From a virus: a DNA stretch of 64,000 bases. The notes under the pieces were generated by a model that was given only the letters and a program-made list of their open reading frames with translations, did not search any database and was not told the origin of the DNA. The DNA lies in the IMG/VR virus record IMGVR_UViG_3300010354_000046, positions 64,001-128,000 of that record. One strand, written 5' to 3'. A program made the position numbers and the translations under genes. Of this stretch, positions 49,301 to 59,814 are shown piece after piece. Positions within the stretch are counted from its first letter, which is position 1. Each line of letters opens with the position of its first letter.

Positions 49301-52300
49301 CCAAATCCTGTACCAACAAAATATATTGGATTTAACGGAATTAAAGATGTAGTATCAGGTAATCCAGAAAGTGTAATTAAATTTGTGCCCGTTGTTGTAT
49401 TAGTAATAGATATACTTAAAAGAGAAGCTGAAATTGTAAATGTGTTGCTATTAATAACATCATTAACATAATAATAGGTTCCAACAGTTATCGATGTTCC
49501 AATTGTAGTTCCTGTAAATTGAATTGCAAAGTTTGGAAACATATTAGTTGTTGAAGCTGTTAAGTAACCGGTATTAGCAGGATAATTTAAAGACATAGTA
49601 CCTGTAGCACTTACTAGTGTCCAAATAACTCCGCCAAATGTTGTTGATATTTGTATCTTTGTACCGTCAACAATGTTGGCTACATAATATGTATAACCTG
49701 CCGTAATCTGACCAAATGTTGTGCCGGTAAAACTAATAGGCATATTAACAGCCAACTGAGCTGTACTGGTTACAGTAATTGTATTGCTTAATCCGCCAAT
49801 TGTTTCAGTAGCTGTAATCTGATTTTGACTTATTGCTGTTACAGTTGTGGTGAAGAATTTTGGAATAAATTGAACTGGTTGATTAACATACAAAGAATTA
49901 ACATCTTCTCCTGTACTTAATGTAAATCTGTTTGTCCCCGAGGCTGTTTGATTAATTAATAACGGAGTAAATGATTCTTTAAGAACATATGCATCTTTAG
50001 TCACAGGATTAAAGCTAGAGATGTAGCCATATTGCCCTGCGCCTAGTCCGCTGGTAACTAACAACCTCATACCAATGTATGTATTTGCCGTTGCTACATC
50101 CGATTGTGCTAATGTTAAGTAGCCAACACCGCTATTACCGCCTTGGGCATTATTATTTGCTGTGATAAAGCCGCTACCGCCGTCGGTAATAATAGTTTGA
50201 TATATTGCTTGAGATCTAGTTTCATTTCCAATTAACAATGCACCAGAACCGGCACCTGTAACACGAATATTTGCAAAAGCTGTATATGTGTTAGTTGTAG
50301 CATTTTCTAAATAGTAATTTGTAATGGCCCAGCTACCAACTTCGATCTGTGCTCCGTAAAATATAGTCGAACCAGAAACTCCATTTCGACCTCTAGGATA
50401 TATTCTAAATTGCAAAGTTGTATTAAGTCCAGTTACATCATATATGCCAAAACTAAATCTGTACCAACCATTAACATTAGTCGGAGTTGCTTTTACCAAG
50501 GACGGAATTGCTCCAACAGAATCCACGCTTGTCCCTGTAACTGCTCCTGTAACCCAGTTATAGTTTACAGAACTTGTAACTGTACTTGATCCGCTATAGA
50601 TAGCATAGATATCAAAATTACTTGCAGTACCTGGTTTAGCATATATGCTGAATGTATAATATTGAGTTGTTCCAGAAGGAACAAGACCATTAGATGTAAC
50701 AGTTAGTACAGAACTTGGAGGTTGGATACTAGCAACAGTAATTGTTAAATCGTTAACTCCTGTTATCCCGCCAAATGTATTACCAGTAATTAATATCTGA
50801 TTACCTTGAACATAGCCTGAACCTTGATTATTAACTGTTACAACATATCCTCCCGGTGTGGTAGTAATGTCAAATGTTGCTCCAATGCCAGTACCGTTAA
50901 GGTTTAGTCCAGACACGTTTGTGTAAACTTTGCCGCTGGCAGGTATTGATATATTTTGATAGATATAACTTGTATCAGTAATACTAGTGTTTCCTAAGAT
51001 TGTCCATGCTTCTGCAGATCCAAAAGGAGATAAAGAGTTTTGGAACAAAATTGCATTTCCGTCATTAGTCCAGCTGGCTCCTATAAAGTTATTAGTATAA
51101 GTGAGCATGTTGGTCACAGGAATATTATAGTCACTACCAGAGTTTGTATACTGAACTTTTAAAATTTGTGCGTTTGAGCCAAAAGAACTTACCGCAGCAG
51201 CAGATGCTTGCTGAGATCTGTTATCAACACTTCCTGTGGTCGGTATTTCGTTAGGATCAAATCCTTCTGATAGTACACCGTACTCTCCGTAAGAGCTATT
51301 ACCGTTTGTTGCGCGGCTTCTTCCACCGTTTTCTGATAGATAGCCTGCATAGCAAAAGTAAGCAAAAACAGAAACTGCTTCGACTAATGCTTCGCCGCCA
51401 TACACCCATACGCCAACACCGTCGCTTAAAACTTGTGTAAAGTCGTTACACACAACTGAGTGTTGTCCACCATTATGTATTGTTGAATCAACTTTTAATC
51501 CAACTGCGCCGGCCCCAAAATTTGTACAGTTCTGAATATAAGGAGATTTTCTAATAATCCACGCACTAGTATCGTCGGGGTCGGTGCCCGGATCTAGTGC
51601 TGTACAAGATCCACCTGTTGGTCTTCTAGTCCCGTAAATATTTTCGTCCGACAAGGTACCTAACATTCCACTAAATGTCATATTACGCATAGTTGTTCCG
51701 TTGCGTAATCTAAACATATCGCCTAATGCTCCGCCTCCGTACACATACATAAATCCATTTTCTGTTGTTAGGTTAACTGCAATACCTTGCTGGCTTGTAG
51801 TAGTGACTCCAGGGACAGCACCAGAACCAGTATCGCTAAATGTGATAGTTCCCGAAGGGGTAGAATCAACTGCCGCAGATAATGTTATAGTTGTTTGTGC
51901 AAATTGCGGAGTATTTTCTTCAATGTTGAGAACCTTTTGATTGCTTGTAATTCCTGTTCCAGAAACTTCCATGCCGTAGTGAATAACATTTAGAATAGAA
52001 TCAACTACAATTTGATCAGCTGTAGCGCCTGCCTGTAAATAATTTGAAGTGGCGTTAACTGGTTTTTGTATAGTGACTACAGGGTTATCTGTATAGCCAG
52101 ACCCTGGAGCGGTGATTGTGTAACTTAATACACTACCAGTAGTAGCATCAACGACTGGACTAACTGTTGCAGTATATCCTCCGGCTGTTTCTGGTGCCGA
52201 AACAACTGCACTTAATCCTTGGCTATAACCAGATCCTGCGGTTCCTAGCGCCACGGTTGCTAAAGAGTCTCCGAAGACTCTTACCTTAAACGAAGTTGGT

Positions 52301-54897
52301 GTAATAGACGAGCCAATTACATAGTAGTTTCTTCCAGAGACTAAATTTCCAAAAACAGTATTAATATAAGTTATTCCAGAAGCACTACTTACAGGATTTA
52401 ACGACACGAACTGAACTCGAGTTCCTTCGTGCATATTAGTCGTTGAGCCAACATGAATTGTATTGACTCCGCCACCAATTGTTCTTGTTGCAAGTAAATT
52501 AACACCGTTAGCAGGTCTAACTGTTACTCCGCGGAGTTCATCTCCAACGATAGAAGTGTTTGCTGGAACAATGATTGGAATATTTTCGTCATATGTTCCA
52601 GATTTTACCTGAATTGTTACTGTAACATTGTCGTTAGCTCTAGGTATGCTTGAAACTAATCCCGTAGTAAATGCTGTTACAATAATACTTTGTAAAGATG
52701 CTGTTTTAGAAATAGCAGCACCTTCGGCTGTGTAGCTATTATTAATTACCTGATTAATGATGCTAGCAGGTGTTGTTGTTAGTTCCCATTGAGTAGGTGA
52801 TGTGTCAGGCTGGTTATTATTGTTGCTACTGACCAAGCTCTTATACCAATCTCCGTCATAGAATACCACGTCGTTAACTGCATAGTTTGTAATTGCAGCC
52901 CATGTTTTATTTTCAATTTGATAATTTAATGTAGGTGCAGTATTAGATAAAACGCTCTGAGTTACACTAAACAAGTAATTTATGACTGCTGTAAATTGTG
53001 TAATTCCTGCGGCTACACCAGGTGTTGTAAATTTATTACCTGATATTAAATCAAAATATGTTAGGGTATTTCCAACAGTCTGACTTGTGCCGCCGCGTGA
53101 CAAATCGTAAACTAGTGCATCGATTGTATACCTAGAATCACGCTTTGTTTTAAACTCATTCATTAACGGCTGCGCTGATGAGAATGGAGGAATGTTATTA
53201 GCACGTTGATATTTCATCCACTCATATGCTTCAGTGACAATAAATTCTTTATTTTGGTCTATTAAGTATTTGGCGCTTTGATTGTAGAATCCAGCTCTTA
53301 CTCTGTCACATGCGTATTTGATAGTCCTCCAAGGAATATCCCAAGTAGTTCCTCTATCTGGAGCATCGATTCCGTTAGTGGCAACATAAAACACGTTAGG
53401 GGTAATAAAAATAGACGACCATGTAGGAAATTCGTTAACAGATTTAAGAATATTAGATTCTGGACCAATTGGAATTGCAACACTTGATCCGTTTAAAAAA
53501 CTAACCATTTCGCCATTTTCGTTCAGTGCGTTGTAAATATCATTTTGCAAAAACAAGACCCAGTATTGATTTGTAGTATCGTTATCTGGTCTATTAATTA
53601 CCGAAGAAGTATGATACTGAACACATTTATAGCTGGCGTTTTTCCACATTGCAATATCACCGACGTGATATACGGTGGTTAACGACCATTTAAATTTCCA
53701 TGTAGTTCCAGGAACTACCATTTTCCAATATGTGTAGTTTATGCCAGTAAATGATAAACTTTGACCGTTAATTGGTGAGCCGTCGGGTGATTCATTAATT
53801 GTAACTTGATTAGTTCCAACGGTCCTGACAATTTGTCCTCGACTAAATCCAGTGCCTTTAATAAACATACCTGGAACAATTCCCGAAGCCGATGCAAGAT
53901 TTACCTGTACTCCTGTGCTACCAGATGCCACATAAGTAGTGTTAATGATAACCGCAGTTGGGCGTTGGTTTAAGCTATCGGCAATAGCAACAAATAATTG
54001 ACCGCTTACTCTTACAACGTCTCCAATTTTATATTCTGTTACACTAGACCATTCTTGTTGTAATTCATAACCTTGTGTAAACAACGACCAGCTCACAGGA
54101 TCTGTAGATGGTGTGTTTCCAACGTTGTTAACAATGTTAGAAATGTATGAATATCCCCCATATACTACAATATCGCCGGCTTGATACACCGTGGTTTCGT
54201 CCCAAGTGCCGCCAAACTCTACTCCTGGCATCCACAGATCCCATTTTAACGGATCAAATGGATCTGCTGATAAGTGGCCTTCTGTGCAAATATATAGTTC
54301 TGGTCCTAACTTAGCAACATCACCAAGTTTATATCTAAATGCTAGAGGATTATATTCGCCCCTGTAGGCAATGTTATTGACTAAAATTTCCCAGTTGGCT
54401 AGGTCATATTCTAGTCCAAGAATTGTAGTCGGTGCTGATGTATGTGCTGTGCTGCATCGGTAAACCCGGCCTCCGTAACGAACAATGTCTCCTACCCCGT
54501 AGCCAGTATTTTGAACCCAAGCATGTTGCCATGTTGTAAACACACCGTATACGTCCCAGTAATAAGGGTCAAAGGTAGTAGCAGATGTGTGGCCTTCTTT
54601 ACAAATATATGCATTTCCGCCGTAGATAATAATATTTCCAATAGTGTACGAAATACCTGGCTCCCATGCTCCTCTCCATGTATGGCCGTCTAGCATTAGA
54701 GTCCAGTATGGCTGCGGCGAACCATCTTCACCGGTATTATTGAGGTCGTTATTAAAAACGCTGCCTGCTGTATGTGCAGTTAAACATACATACGAACGAC
54801 CGTTTTCACTAACCACTGCGTCTTTAGCGTAAACTGTTCCTGTTTGCCAGATACCTTTCCAGGTAAAACGCAATCTGTCAATTTTAAATTCTGCCAT
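46366..54897 (-). CDS. Giant (2843 aa) virion structural protein, paralog of 36740..46315
   Basis: MAEFKIDRLRF start, same domain order, YSQVRLTNHDFL, STDQDGNF; TAAATA at 54922-54927 plus SD. Confidence 0.85.
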   Translation of the reverse strand: MAEFKIDRLRFTWKGIWQTGTVYAKDAVVSENGRSYVCLTAHTAGSVFNNDLNNTGEDGSPQPYWTLMLDGHTWRGAWEPGISYTIGNIIIYGGNAYICKEGHTSATTFDPYYWDVYGVFTTWQHAWVQNTGYGVGDIVRYGGRVYRCSTAHTSAPTTILGLEYDLANWEILVNNIAYRGEYNPLAFRYKLGDVAKLGPELYICTEGHLSADPFDPLKWDLWMPGVEFGGTWDETTVYQAGDIVVYGGYSYISNIVNNVGNTPSTDPVSWSLFTQGYELQQEWSSVTEYKIGDVVRVSGQLFVAIADSLNQRPTAVIINTTYVASGSTGVQVNLASASGIVPGMFIKGTGFSRGQIVRTVGTNQVTINESPDGSPINGQSLSFTGINYTYWKMVVPGTTWKFKWSLTTVYHVGDIAMWKNASYKCVQYHTSSVINRPDNDTTNQYWVLFLQNDIYNALNENGEMVSFLNGSSVAIPIGPESNILKSVNEFPTWSSIFITPNVFYVATNGIDAPDRGTTWDIPWRTIKYACDRVRAGFYNQSAKYLIDQNKEFIVTEAYEWMKYQRANNIPPFSSAQPLMNEFKTKRDSRYTIDALVYDLSRGGTSQTVGNTLTYFDLISGNKFTTPGVAAGITQFTAVINYLFSVTQSVLSNTAPTLNYQIENKTWAAITNYAVNDVVFYDGDWYKSLVSSNNNNQPDTSPTQWELTTTPASIINQVINNSYTAEGAAISKTASLQSIIVTAFTTGLVSSIPRANDNVTVTIQVKSGTYDENIPIIVPANTSIVGDELRGVTVRPANGVNLLATRTIGGGVNTIHVGSTTNMHEGTRVQFVSLNPVSSASGITYINTVFGNLVSGRNYYVIGSSITPTSFKVRVFGDSLATVALGTAGSGYSQGLSAVVSAPETAGGYTATVSPVVDATTGSVLSYTITAPGSGYTDNPVVTIQKPVNATSNYLQAGATADQIVVDSILNVIHYGMEVSGTGITSNQKVLNIEENTPQFAQTTITLSAAVDSTPSGTITFSDTGSGAVPGVTTTSQQGIAVNLTTENGFMYVYGGGALGDMFRLRNGTTMRNMTFSGMLGTLSDENIYGTRRPTGGSCTALDPGTDPDDTSAWIIRKSPYIQNCTNFGAGAVGLKVDSTIHNGGQHSVVCNDFTQVLSDGVGVWVYGGEALVEAVSVFAYFCYAGYLSENGGRSRATNGNSSYGEYGVLSEGFDPNEIPTTGSVDNRSQQASAAAVSSFGSNAQILKVQYTNSGSDYNIPVTNMLTYTNNFIGASWTNDGNAILFQNSLSPFGSAEAWTILGNTSITDTSYIYQNISIPASGKVYTNVSGLNLNGTGIGATFDITTTPGGYVVTVNNQGSGYVQGNQILITGNTFGGITGVNDLTITVASIQPPSSVLTVTSNGLVPSGTTQYYTFSIYAKPGTASNFDIYAIYSGSSTVTSSVNYNWVTGAVTGTSVDSVGAIPSLVKATPTNVNGWYRFSFGIYDVTGLNTTLQFRIYPRGRNGVSGSTIFYGAQIEVGSWAITNYYLENATTNTYTAFANIRVTGAGSGALLIGNETRSQAIYQTIITDGGSGFITANNNAQGGNSGVGYLTLAQSDVATANTYIGMRLLVTSGLGAGQYGYISSFNPVTKDAYVLKESFTPLLINQTASGTNRFTLSTGEDVNSLYVNQPVQFIPKFFTTTVTAISQNQITATETIGGLSNTITVTSTAQLAVNMPISFTGTTFGQITAGYTYYVANIVDGTKIQISTTFGGVIWTLVSATGTMSLNYPANTGYLTASTTNMFPNFAIQFTGTTIGTSITVGTYYYVNDVINSNTFTISASLLSISITNTTTGTNLITLSGLPDTTSLIPLNPIYFVGTGFGNISEITKYYISNRPNSTQFTVSTSIITTTATATSTGSNLITVTSTAGFVLNNPVMFTGTAFGGLVAEQVYYISVINNSTSFTVSAVPSGPAVTLNTATGNIICRTTGADVALTTATGSMVGTTTSTKLLLDGGTGSMTGTFSTPLFGGVTSATTYYIRTITTGATNYFTIASTSGGATNVTLTSGTGYMQVAQVGWDNINPGTPDTPLFDSTSTYFIEPRLTFSEPAFNQASVVSLGGASTSVYNAIAFGNGYFYVTSDYGNSLVRSQNGGSYVQITLPVTSQWTSVAAGNGFVVLISFSGTGSGSQVIYSNSDGNSWLLSNLPSLSGWTQLIYGNGKFIALSSGAAYYDLATSNVSSSGSGCKVTVRRFGTSYRVVITTPGTGYAVSDTIRVLGTSLGGASPANDLTLTVGTVLAGGVSSVTVAGTAVAGSGSQPAYSTNFGATWALGSGITQLAWSSITYGQGKFVAIANNSRDVAISTNGITWIVTSNALPVSSTWSKVTYGNNKFVAVSSTSTNPAYSLDGITWYASPYTITATTVSYGQGVYLALNDNSAIGYTSEDGILWKQRTITTTGIGMVSTYGVPTSSNVGTFISISSTGFSTNTFAGCRAQGRPSVYNSEISSITLWEPGSNYNGVPTVSYTDPNNSSDATLIARLGSGSLAGPTFVSRGTNYNTTSTAITIAGGGYADNYQIGTTLYAKNVSKLPTPGSNLQFVGANTQIYKVTSSTALYGSTAPNLTVQLTVSPALDTSTTPEHTTSFTVREKYSQVRLTNHDFLNIGYGNTYQSNYPGFPIDTNLNQSNYTVESNNGRVFYSSTDQDGNFSVGGLFGVEQATGIVTLSASQFGLTGLSQLKLGGVSVGNNQVIITAFSTDTSFLANSNSILPTQRAIKAYLAGRLSQGGANTFTGQLTAGTVVVGGPDKITSTIAEGQAGWQVRMLSKVNIKGQFAGVDGDLPALQFFVRNGTSKGFNGRNFQ

Positions 54898-54924
54898 TTT
54901 ATAAATTCCTCAATAATCTAATAT

Positions 54925-55299
54925 TTAACTAATAATCTGTGTTGGATCGTAGGTATATGCTTGATTAACTCTTACAACAAAGTTACCATTACTGTCTAAA
55001 TAATAAAAAATATTTTTATTATCCCATCGGTACTGATCCCAATATAGGTTGTCATACGGACGGCTGTGATCTTCGGCCAGGCGTCCGTCAAAAAAATCAA
55101 CACCGTATTCAAAATCGGAAAAATCTTCCGTACTAGCGCCGGGAGTATTGATAACAATAGTTCCTGTATCTTTTAACTGATCAATTTTAGCAAAATATAA
55201 TGTACCGTCGTCGGTTCTTCTTAAGGCGTAAAAATAACGAGGATTTCCGCCTCCAAGTAAATCTGATTGGTTAACTTCTCCGCCAACATAATATGTCAT
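54925..55299 (-). CDS. Small hypothetical virion-module protein
   Basis: 124 aa; SD AAGGA; in operon. Confidence 0.7.
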   Translation of the reverse strand: MTYYVGGEVNQSDLLGGGNPRYFYALRRTDDGTLYFAKIDQLKDTGTIVINTPGASTEDFSDFEYGVDFFDGRLAEDHSRPYDNLYWDQYRWDNKNIFYYLDSNGNFVVRVNQAYTYDPTQIIS

Positions 55300-55309
55300 A
55301 ATTTATTCC

Positions 55310-55660
55310 TTAAACAATATCTACGTAACTCATTACCAGGTCGAGAGCATCGGCGGTATTTGATACAACGTACATTTTCATATCCCCGGCTAAGATAAGT
55401 TTTTCGCCACCGTTAATAACCCTTAAACTTTGATTAGGTGGAACAATAACATCTTTTACATAGTACGCTTCTGCAAGAACACTATTTGGGGGTGTAGGAC
55501 TTAGTTGCTCTAAGCGAATAGATGCCAATACAATGCCGCTAGTCAAGTTCGATAAACTTAAACCAATTACTGTACTTCTAGTGTTTGTAGTTACACTAAT
55601 AACTTCGACTTCGGTTGTTCCGATGTTTTGTTCTAATTTATTTTTAAAAAATGATGCCAT
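55310..55660 (-). CDS. Small virion structural protein
   Basis: TVIGLSLSN, VPPNQSL, GEKLIL, S.V.I C-terminus. Confidence 0.7.
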   Translation of the reverse strand: MASFFKNKLEQNIGTTEVEVISVTTNTRSTVIGLSLSNLTSGIVLASIRLEQLSPTPPNSVLAEAYYVKDVIVPPNQSLRVINGGEKLILAGDMKMYVVSNTADALDLVMSYVDIV

Positions 55661-55663
55661 AAT

Positions 55664-58600
55664 TTATCCAAATAATAATGCAGTAACAATTCCAATGTCG
55701 GTAGCTTCTGCTGTTGTTACGCCGCCGCTTTGACCTGCAACACTGGTCCATGTGACTCCGTTGTATACTTCTACTAATTCTAGAACTGTATTAAACCGAA
55801 TCATTCCAAGTTCTGTTATACCCGGCCTATCATTTAACGAATCTCCAGCAGGAATAACAACACCGCCAGTTCCTGCAATTCGAACATAACCTCCAGAAGT
55901 TTGAATAAATTCTGTAACTCCGCCCGAAGTAACATTGGTTATAGTGTTATTTCTAAATCGTAAATTTCCAATCCTGACGCCACCGGCTCCTGTAGTTAAT
56001 AAATTTAAATCTGTTCCGCTAACAGTTGTAGTTATTGTATCTTGTTGTATATCAATGTTGTTGGTTTGTATTCTGTCTGTTTGAAGTTTAGTAGCATCAA
56101 GAGTTGCTTTTACAACATTGTTGATATAAAATCGAATAATATTGTCAGCAGTTCCTGGTGCTAACTCAGGAGTAATTTTTGTTACTCCGGCAACATCAAT
56201 TACGCCGCCCAGCGATTGCCAATAGCTACCTGTCCAGCCTTCGTACCAATTAAAATCAGTATTGTATCGGATCATTCCAGTTGCAGGTGTTCCAGGTCTT
56301 TCGCTAGTATTTCCTACTGGAATTTTAAAACTTTGATTACTATTAATATTAACAATACCAGTACCTTGTGGAGTTAATACAATATCTGAATTAGTAACAG
56401 TACTAGAAATATTATTGTCAGAAACCTGTATTCCTTCAAATATAATATTACCTGTTCCATTAGCTTGAAATTCTAAATCTGTATTGGTAGTGGTAGTGGA
56501 TATTGTGTTATTTTCAATTCTTATTACTGGTAATTGCAAGTAACCTGTTCCAGTAATATTTCCAGTTACACTGGTATTTCCGCTGGTAATAAAACTACCT
56601 GTTTGATTTATATCGCCAGTTTGTGTAACTGTGCCAACAATAGTTGTGTTCTTTAGATAGCTTGTGCCAGTTGTGACCGTAAAATTATTTGTTACAGTTA
56701 AATTTTGATCTATCTGTACATTGTTATTTGGAAAATAAACTTCGCCAGTTCCATTAGCTGTTAGTAATAAGTCCGTGTCAGTTGCAGTTCCTTGAATTGT
56801 ATTGGTACTAATATTAATGCCGTTCAAATTAGCATTATTAACGTACACATCTTTCCATCTTAAATTAGGGCTGGCAGAACCTAAATTATAAAAATTATTA
56901 ATCGATGGAATCATATTGGAACCAATACTAGCAACAAAATTCATTGTATCGCCACTAGAGCTTCCTAATGTTGTATTACCATTTACAAGGGTGTTTCCTG
57001 TAACTGTTAAATTTCCTGTTACAAATGTATTATTTTGTAAATTAATTTCTCCACTATTAGCAACAACATTTACGTCGCCAAAGTTACTTTGAATTGTATT
57101 TCCAGTAATTGTAATATTACCAGTTGTAACTTCTGTTGGGCTCAGTGTTGTAGTATTAGTACCGTCACTAAATGTAATACCAGATAATGTTGTGATGCTT
57201 AAATTTTCTCCTGAAAATAACACATCTCCTGTTTTTTGATTTACATAAAAACTGTCACCAACTCTGAAGTTGCCTTCGTTATCAACGCTGGTGTAATAAA
57301 TTTTAGCGCGATTTAATTTTACAACTTCATTAGCTTCTATACGATCGTTAGGATCGTTAGCTAGTGATTTTCCTGATCCCACGTAGGCAAAATTTTGGCT
57401 AATTAAGTAAGCCAAACATCCGTCACCGTCGCCGTAAGCTCCATATACTCCATAAACACAGGCACTTCCAATGCTACGGAATTCTGCTCCAAAGTCTTGA
57501 TAGTTTGCAAAATTGATCCTAGTCGAAAGACCACCTGCATTTGTTCTTATATCCTGTAATGTTACACCATCATCTAATACTACAGTACTATTATTTGCGC
57601 CGTTAAAATGTAGCAATAGTACTGTTGATGTATCACCAGTTAAGGCAACAGTTGACGGGATAAATGTGGTCGAGTATCGACCTATTCCTTTTGTTATTCT
57701 AACATCGTCAATGTATCCTGCAAATCCGTAAGCACCTGCTGGGTCAGCGCCAATTCGAACTCCCCTTTGAGCATAGTTATTTGTATCAGTATAGTCTAAT
57801 CCTACTTGTCCGCCATTAACAAATGCTCGTGTAACACCACTAGTTCTAGATAATGCTATATGGTTCCATTGATTCTGTTGAACTAGGCCAGCTGCTCCAA
57901 TTCTAAAATTAAAATTGTAATAGAAATAGAGCTGATCAAGATTATTAATTCCTATAATAATTCCGCCACCGTCGCCCGGAGTTGTTGTTCTTAAATCAAA
58001 AAGTGTCCTATAACTACCAGTTGTTGTTGGATATACCCATGCTTCTATTGTAAAATCACCTGTGCCAAATTCAAAATCTGGCTGGCTAGTTGCCGAGATA
58101 TAATCGCCAGTCCCGTCTAAATACAGGCTTGAAACACCAAACTTTTTCTGTGCAGTTAATAATTTAGCATTACCGGCAACTGCAATAGGCTTTCCTAATC
58201 GATCTTCTAGTGTCTCAAATCCAACACATTTTCCAGTTAACGAAATGTAGTTTCCATCGATACTGGAAATTGTGCCCGATGCTAAAATTGTTGTACCATC
58301 TGTATCATAATAAGTAACGGTGTTTCCAACAGCCCATGTGCCTGTTCGATTATCAATTCTTAATATTGTTTTTCCAGAACCAGATTTACCAGTTGTACCG
58401 CTAATTAAGTGGATGCCTTTATCAGCAAAATAGCTAAAACTGTTTAACCATTCAACCCTAGTGCCGTTAGTTGCCTTAATTGCGCTTTGGGCCGGAACAA
58501 TAAATGTCACGCTATGAAATAAACAAGCAACTTCTATACTTGTAGAACTTACTACACTACCGTCTAAATAGGCACCTTGGCCTGCGTCGCCGGAGTCATA

Positions 58601-59710
58601 GCCGTAAGGATCTGTTGGGGAAGTGGTACTGCCTGTTGTAATAACTGTTACGTTTCTAACATATGGGCTTCGGCTGGCGGTAACCATGCCTGGAGCAAAT
58701 TTAAATGCGTATCCAGTGTCGTTTACTGAATTGTATCGAAATCCTGATATACTCAGATCTTCTACTGTAGTTTGTCCGTTAAGTAAAATTGCATCTTTAT
58801 CTATCGTTCCTACCGTTGGTTGAATTTTTACGGATCGGATTCCTGCGCCTCGTAGTGTAACACCTGCAGGAATTGTTAATGGAAATATTTCTGTGTATGT
58901 TCCTGGATAAACAAAAACTTGGTCGCCTGCTGCGGCTTGACTTAGTGCATATTTGATTGTTGCAAACGGAGCATGTTCGTGATTACCGTTATATGTATTG
59001 TTACCGTTTTCAGCAACGTACCAAATACTTCCTTGTGGCAAAGTAAGTTCAATACCGTTACCGATAATATTAGTAGCAGTTAATGTATCTGTTACAACAT
59101 TGTTGGAGTAAACAGTTCTCCAAGATTTTCCGCTTCCAAGCGGGCCTGATCCTAAATCCCATGTGTTATTATCGTCTGGGATAATGTTACTATTAATGTC
59201 TGCATTAAAAACAATATTGTCAGTATTTGCATCTCCCAACTGAATATCGCCGTCTGCTGTAATAGTTCCTGTAGCGTGTAAATCACCGTTAACTAGCATA
59301 TTAGCATTGACATTAACTTCGCCGGTTCCGGTTGTTTCTATTACAAGATCTGTATTAGTGCCTAATGTTTCGATTACATTAGTTGAAAGTTGTAAGTTAC
59401 CTGTTTGTATTTTACCCTGATATACTACAGGATTAGTTCCGCTTGGGGTTAGATTAATTACATTATTTGAGCTAGCAATAGTATTACCGCTAATAGTAAA
59501 ACTAGCAATTGTTGCTTCTTGAGAAACTTCTAAGTTGGTTGTTCTTGCAGTTCCGTTGATCTGCAACTCGTTGGTAGGAGTAGTGGTCTTTACACCAATT
59601 CGGCCATTAATAACATCAATATAGAGTAGGTCGGTCTCAAAGGCAAGGTTAACTCCTTGACGGAGCAGGTTTGCCTTTAAGAGCGGACCCGTAATACGAC
59701 CAAGTGCCAT
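55664..59710 (-). CDS. Tail fibre/virion protein with beta-helix and LamG-like domains
   Basis: GRITGPLL...AFETDLLY start, L.PQGTG repeats, PFATIKYAL, LamG-like DFTIEAWVY...WNHIA...GYIDDVRIT, G.IRFNT...EVYNG C-terminus. Confidence 0.82.
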   Translation of the reverse strand: MALGRITGPLLKANLLRQGVNLAFETDLLYIDVINGRIGVKTTTPTNELQINGTARTTNLEVSQEATIASFTISGNTIASSNNVINLTPSGTNPVVYQGKIQTGNLQLSTNVIETLGTNTDLVIETTGTGEVNVNANMLVNGDLHATGTITADGDIQLGDANTDNIVFNADINSNIIPDDNNTWDLGSGPLGSGKSWRTVYSNNVVTDTLTATNIIGNGIELTLPQGSIWYVAENGNNTYNGNHEHAPFATIKYALSQAAAGDQVFVYPGTYTEIFPLTIPAGVTLRGAGIRSVKIQPTVGTIDKDAILLNGQTTVEDLSISGFRYNSVNDTGYAFKFAPGMVTASRSPYVRNVTVITTGSTTSPTDPYGYDSGDAGQGAYLDGSVVSSTSIEVACLFHSVTFIVPAQSAIKATNGTRVEWLNSFSYFADKGIHLISGTTGKSGSGKTILRIDNRTGTWAVGNTVTYYDTDGTTILASGTISSIDGNYISLTGKCVGFETLEDRLGKPIAVAGNAKLLTAQKKFGVSSLYLDGTGDYISATSQPDFEFGTGDFTIEAWVYPTTTGSYRTLFDLRTTTPGDGGGIIIGINNLDQLYFYYNFNFRIGAAGLVQQNQWNHIALSRTSGVTRAFVNGGQVGLDYTDTNNYAQRGVRIGADPAGAYGFAGYIDDVRITKGIGRYSTTFIPSTVALTGDTSTVLLLHFNGANNSTVVLDDGVTLQDIRTNAGGLSTRINFANYQDFGAEFRSIGSACVYGVYGAYGDGDGCLAYLISQNFAYVGSGKSLANDPNDRIEANEVVKLNRAKIYYTSVDNEGNFRVGDSFYVNQKTGDVLFSGENLSITTLSGITFSDGTNTTTLSPTEVTTGNITITGNTIQSNFGDVNVVANSGEINLQNNTFVTGNLTVTGNTLVNGNTTLGSSSGDTMNFVASIGSNMIPSINNFYNLGSASPNLRWKDVYVNNANLNGINISTNTIQGTATDTDLLLTANGTGEVYFPNNNVQIDQNLTVTNNFTVTTGTSYLKNTTIVGTVTQTGDINQTGSFITSGNTSVTGNITGTGYLQLPVIRIENNTISTTTTNTDLEFQANGTGNIIFEGIQVSDNNISSTVTNSDIVLTPQGTGIVNINSNQSFKIPVGNTSERPGTPATGMIRYNTDFNWYEGWTGSYWQSLGGVIDVAGVTKITPELAPGTADNIIRFYINNVVKATLDATKLQTDRIQTNNIDIQQDTITTTVSGTDLNLLTTGAGGVRIGNLRFRNNTITNVTSGGVTEFIQTSGGYVRIAGTGGVVIPAGDSLNDRPGITELGMIRFNTVLELVEVYNGVTWTSVAGQSGGVTTAEATDIGIVTALLFG

Positions 59711-59814
59711 TCGCTCTCCTTACCCCGTGTTTCACGGTTAACCACCTTACATTGCGGGTTTACCACAGTTTAACCATACAAGAAATGGTCGTTTCTTGTA
59801 ATCACAAGTATTTA
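59711..59814 (-). promoter_or_regulatory. TAAATA motif followed by a structured ~100-nt 5' leader
   Basis: Hairpins TACAAGAAA/TTTCTTGTA and CCGTG-AAA-CACGG; SD AAGGAG. Confidence 0.55.

Noticed and set aside
59711-59770. c-di-GMP-I riboswitch resemblance (GGTTAACC..GAAA..GGG)
   Set aside because: The rest of the consensus (second stem, tetraloop receptor) could not be identified; kept only as an unknown structured leader.
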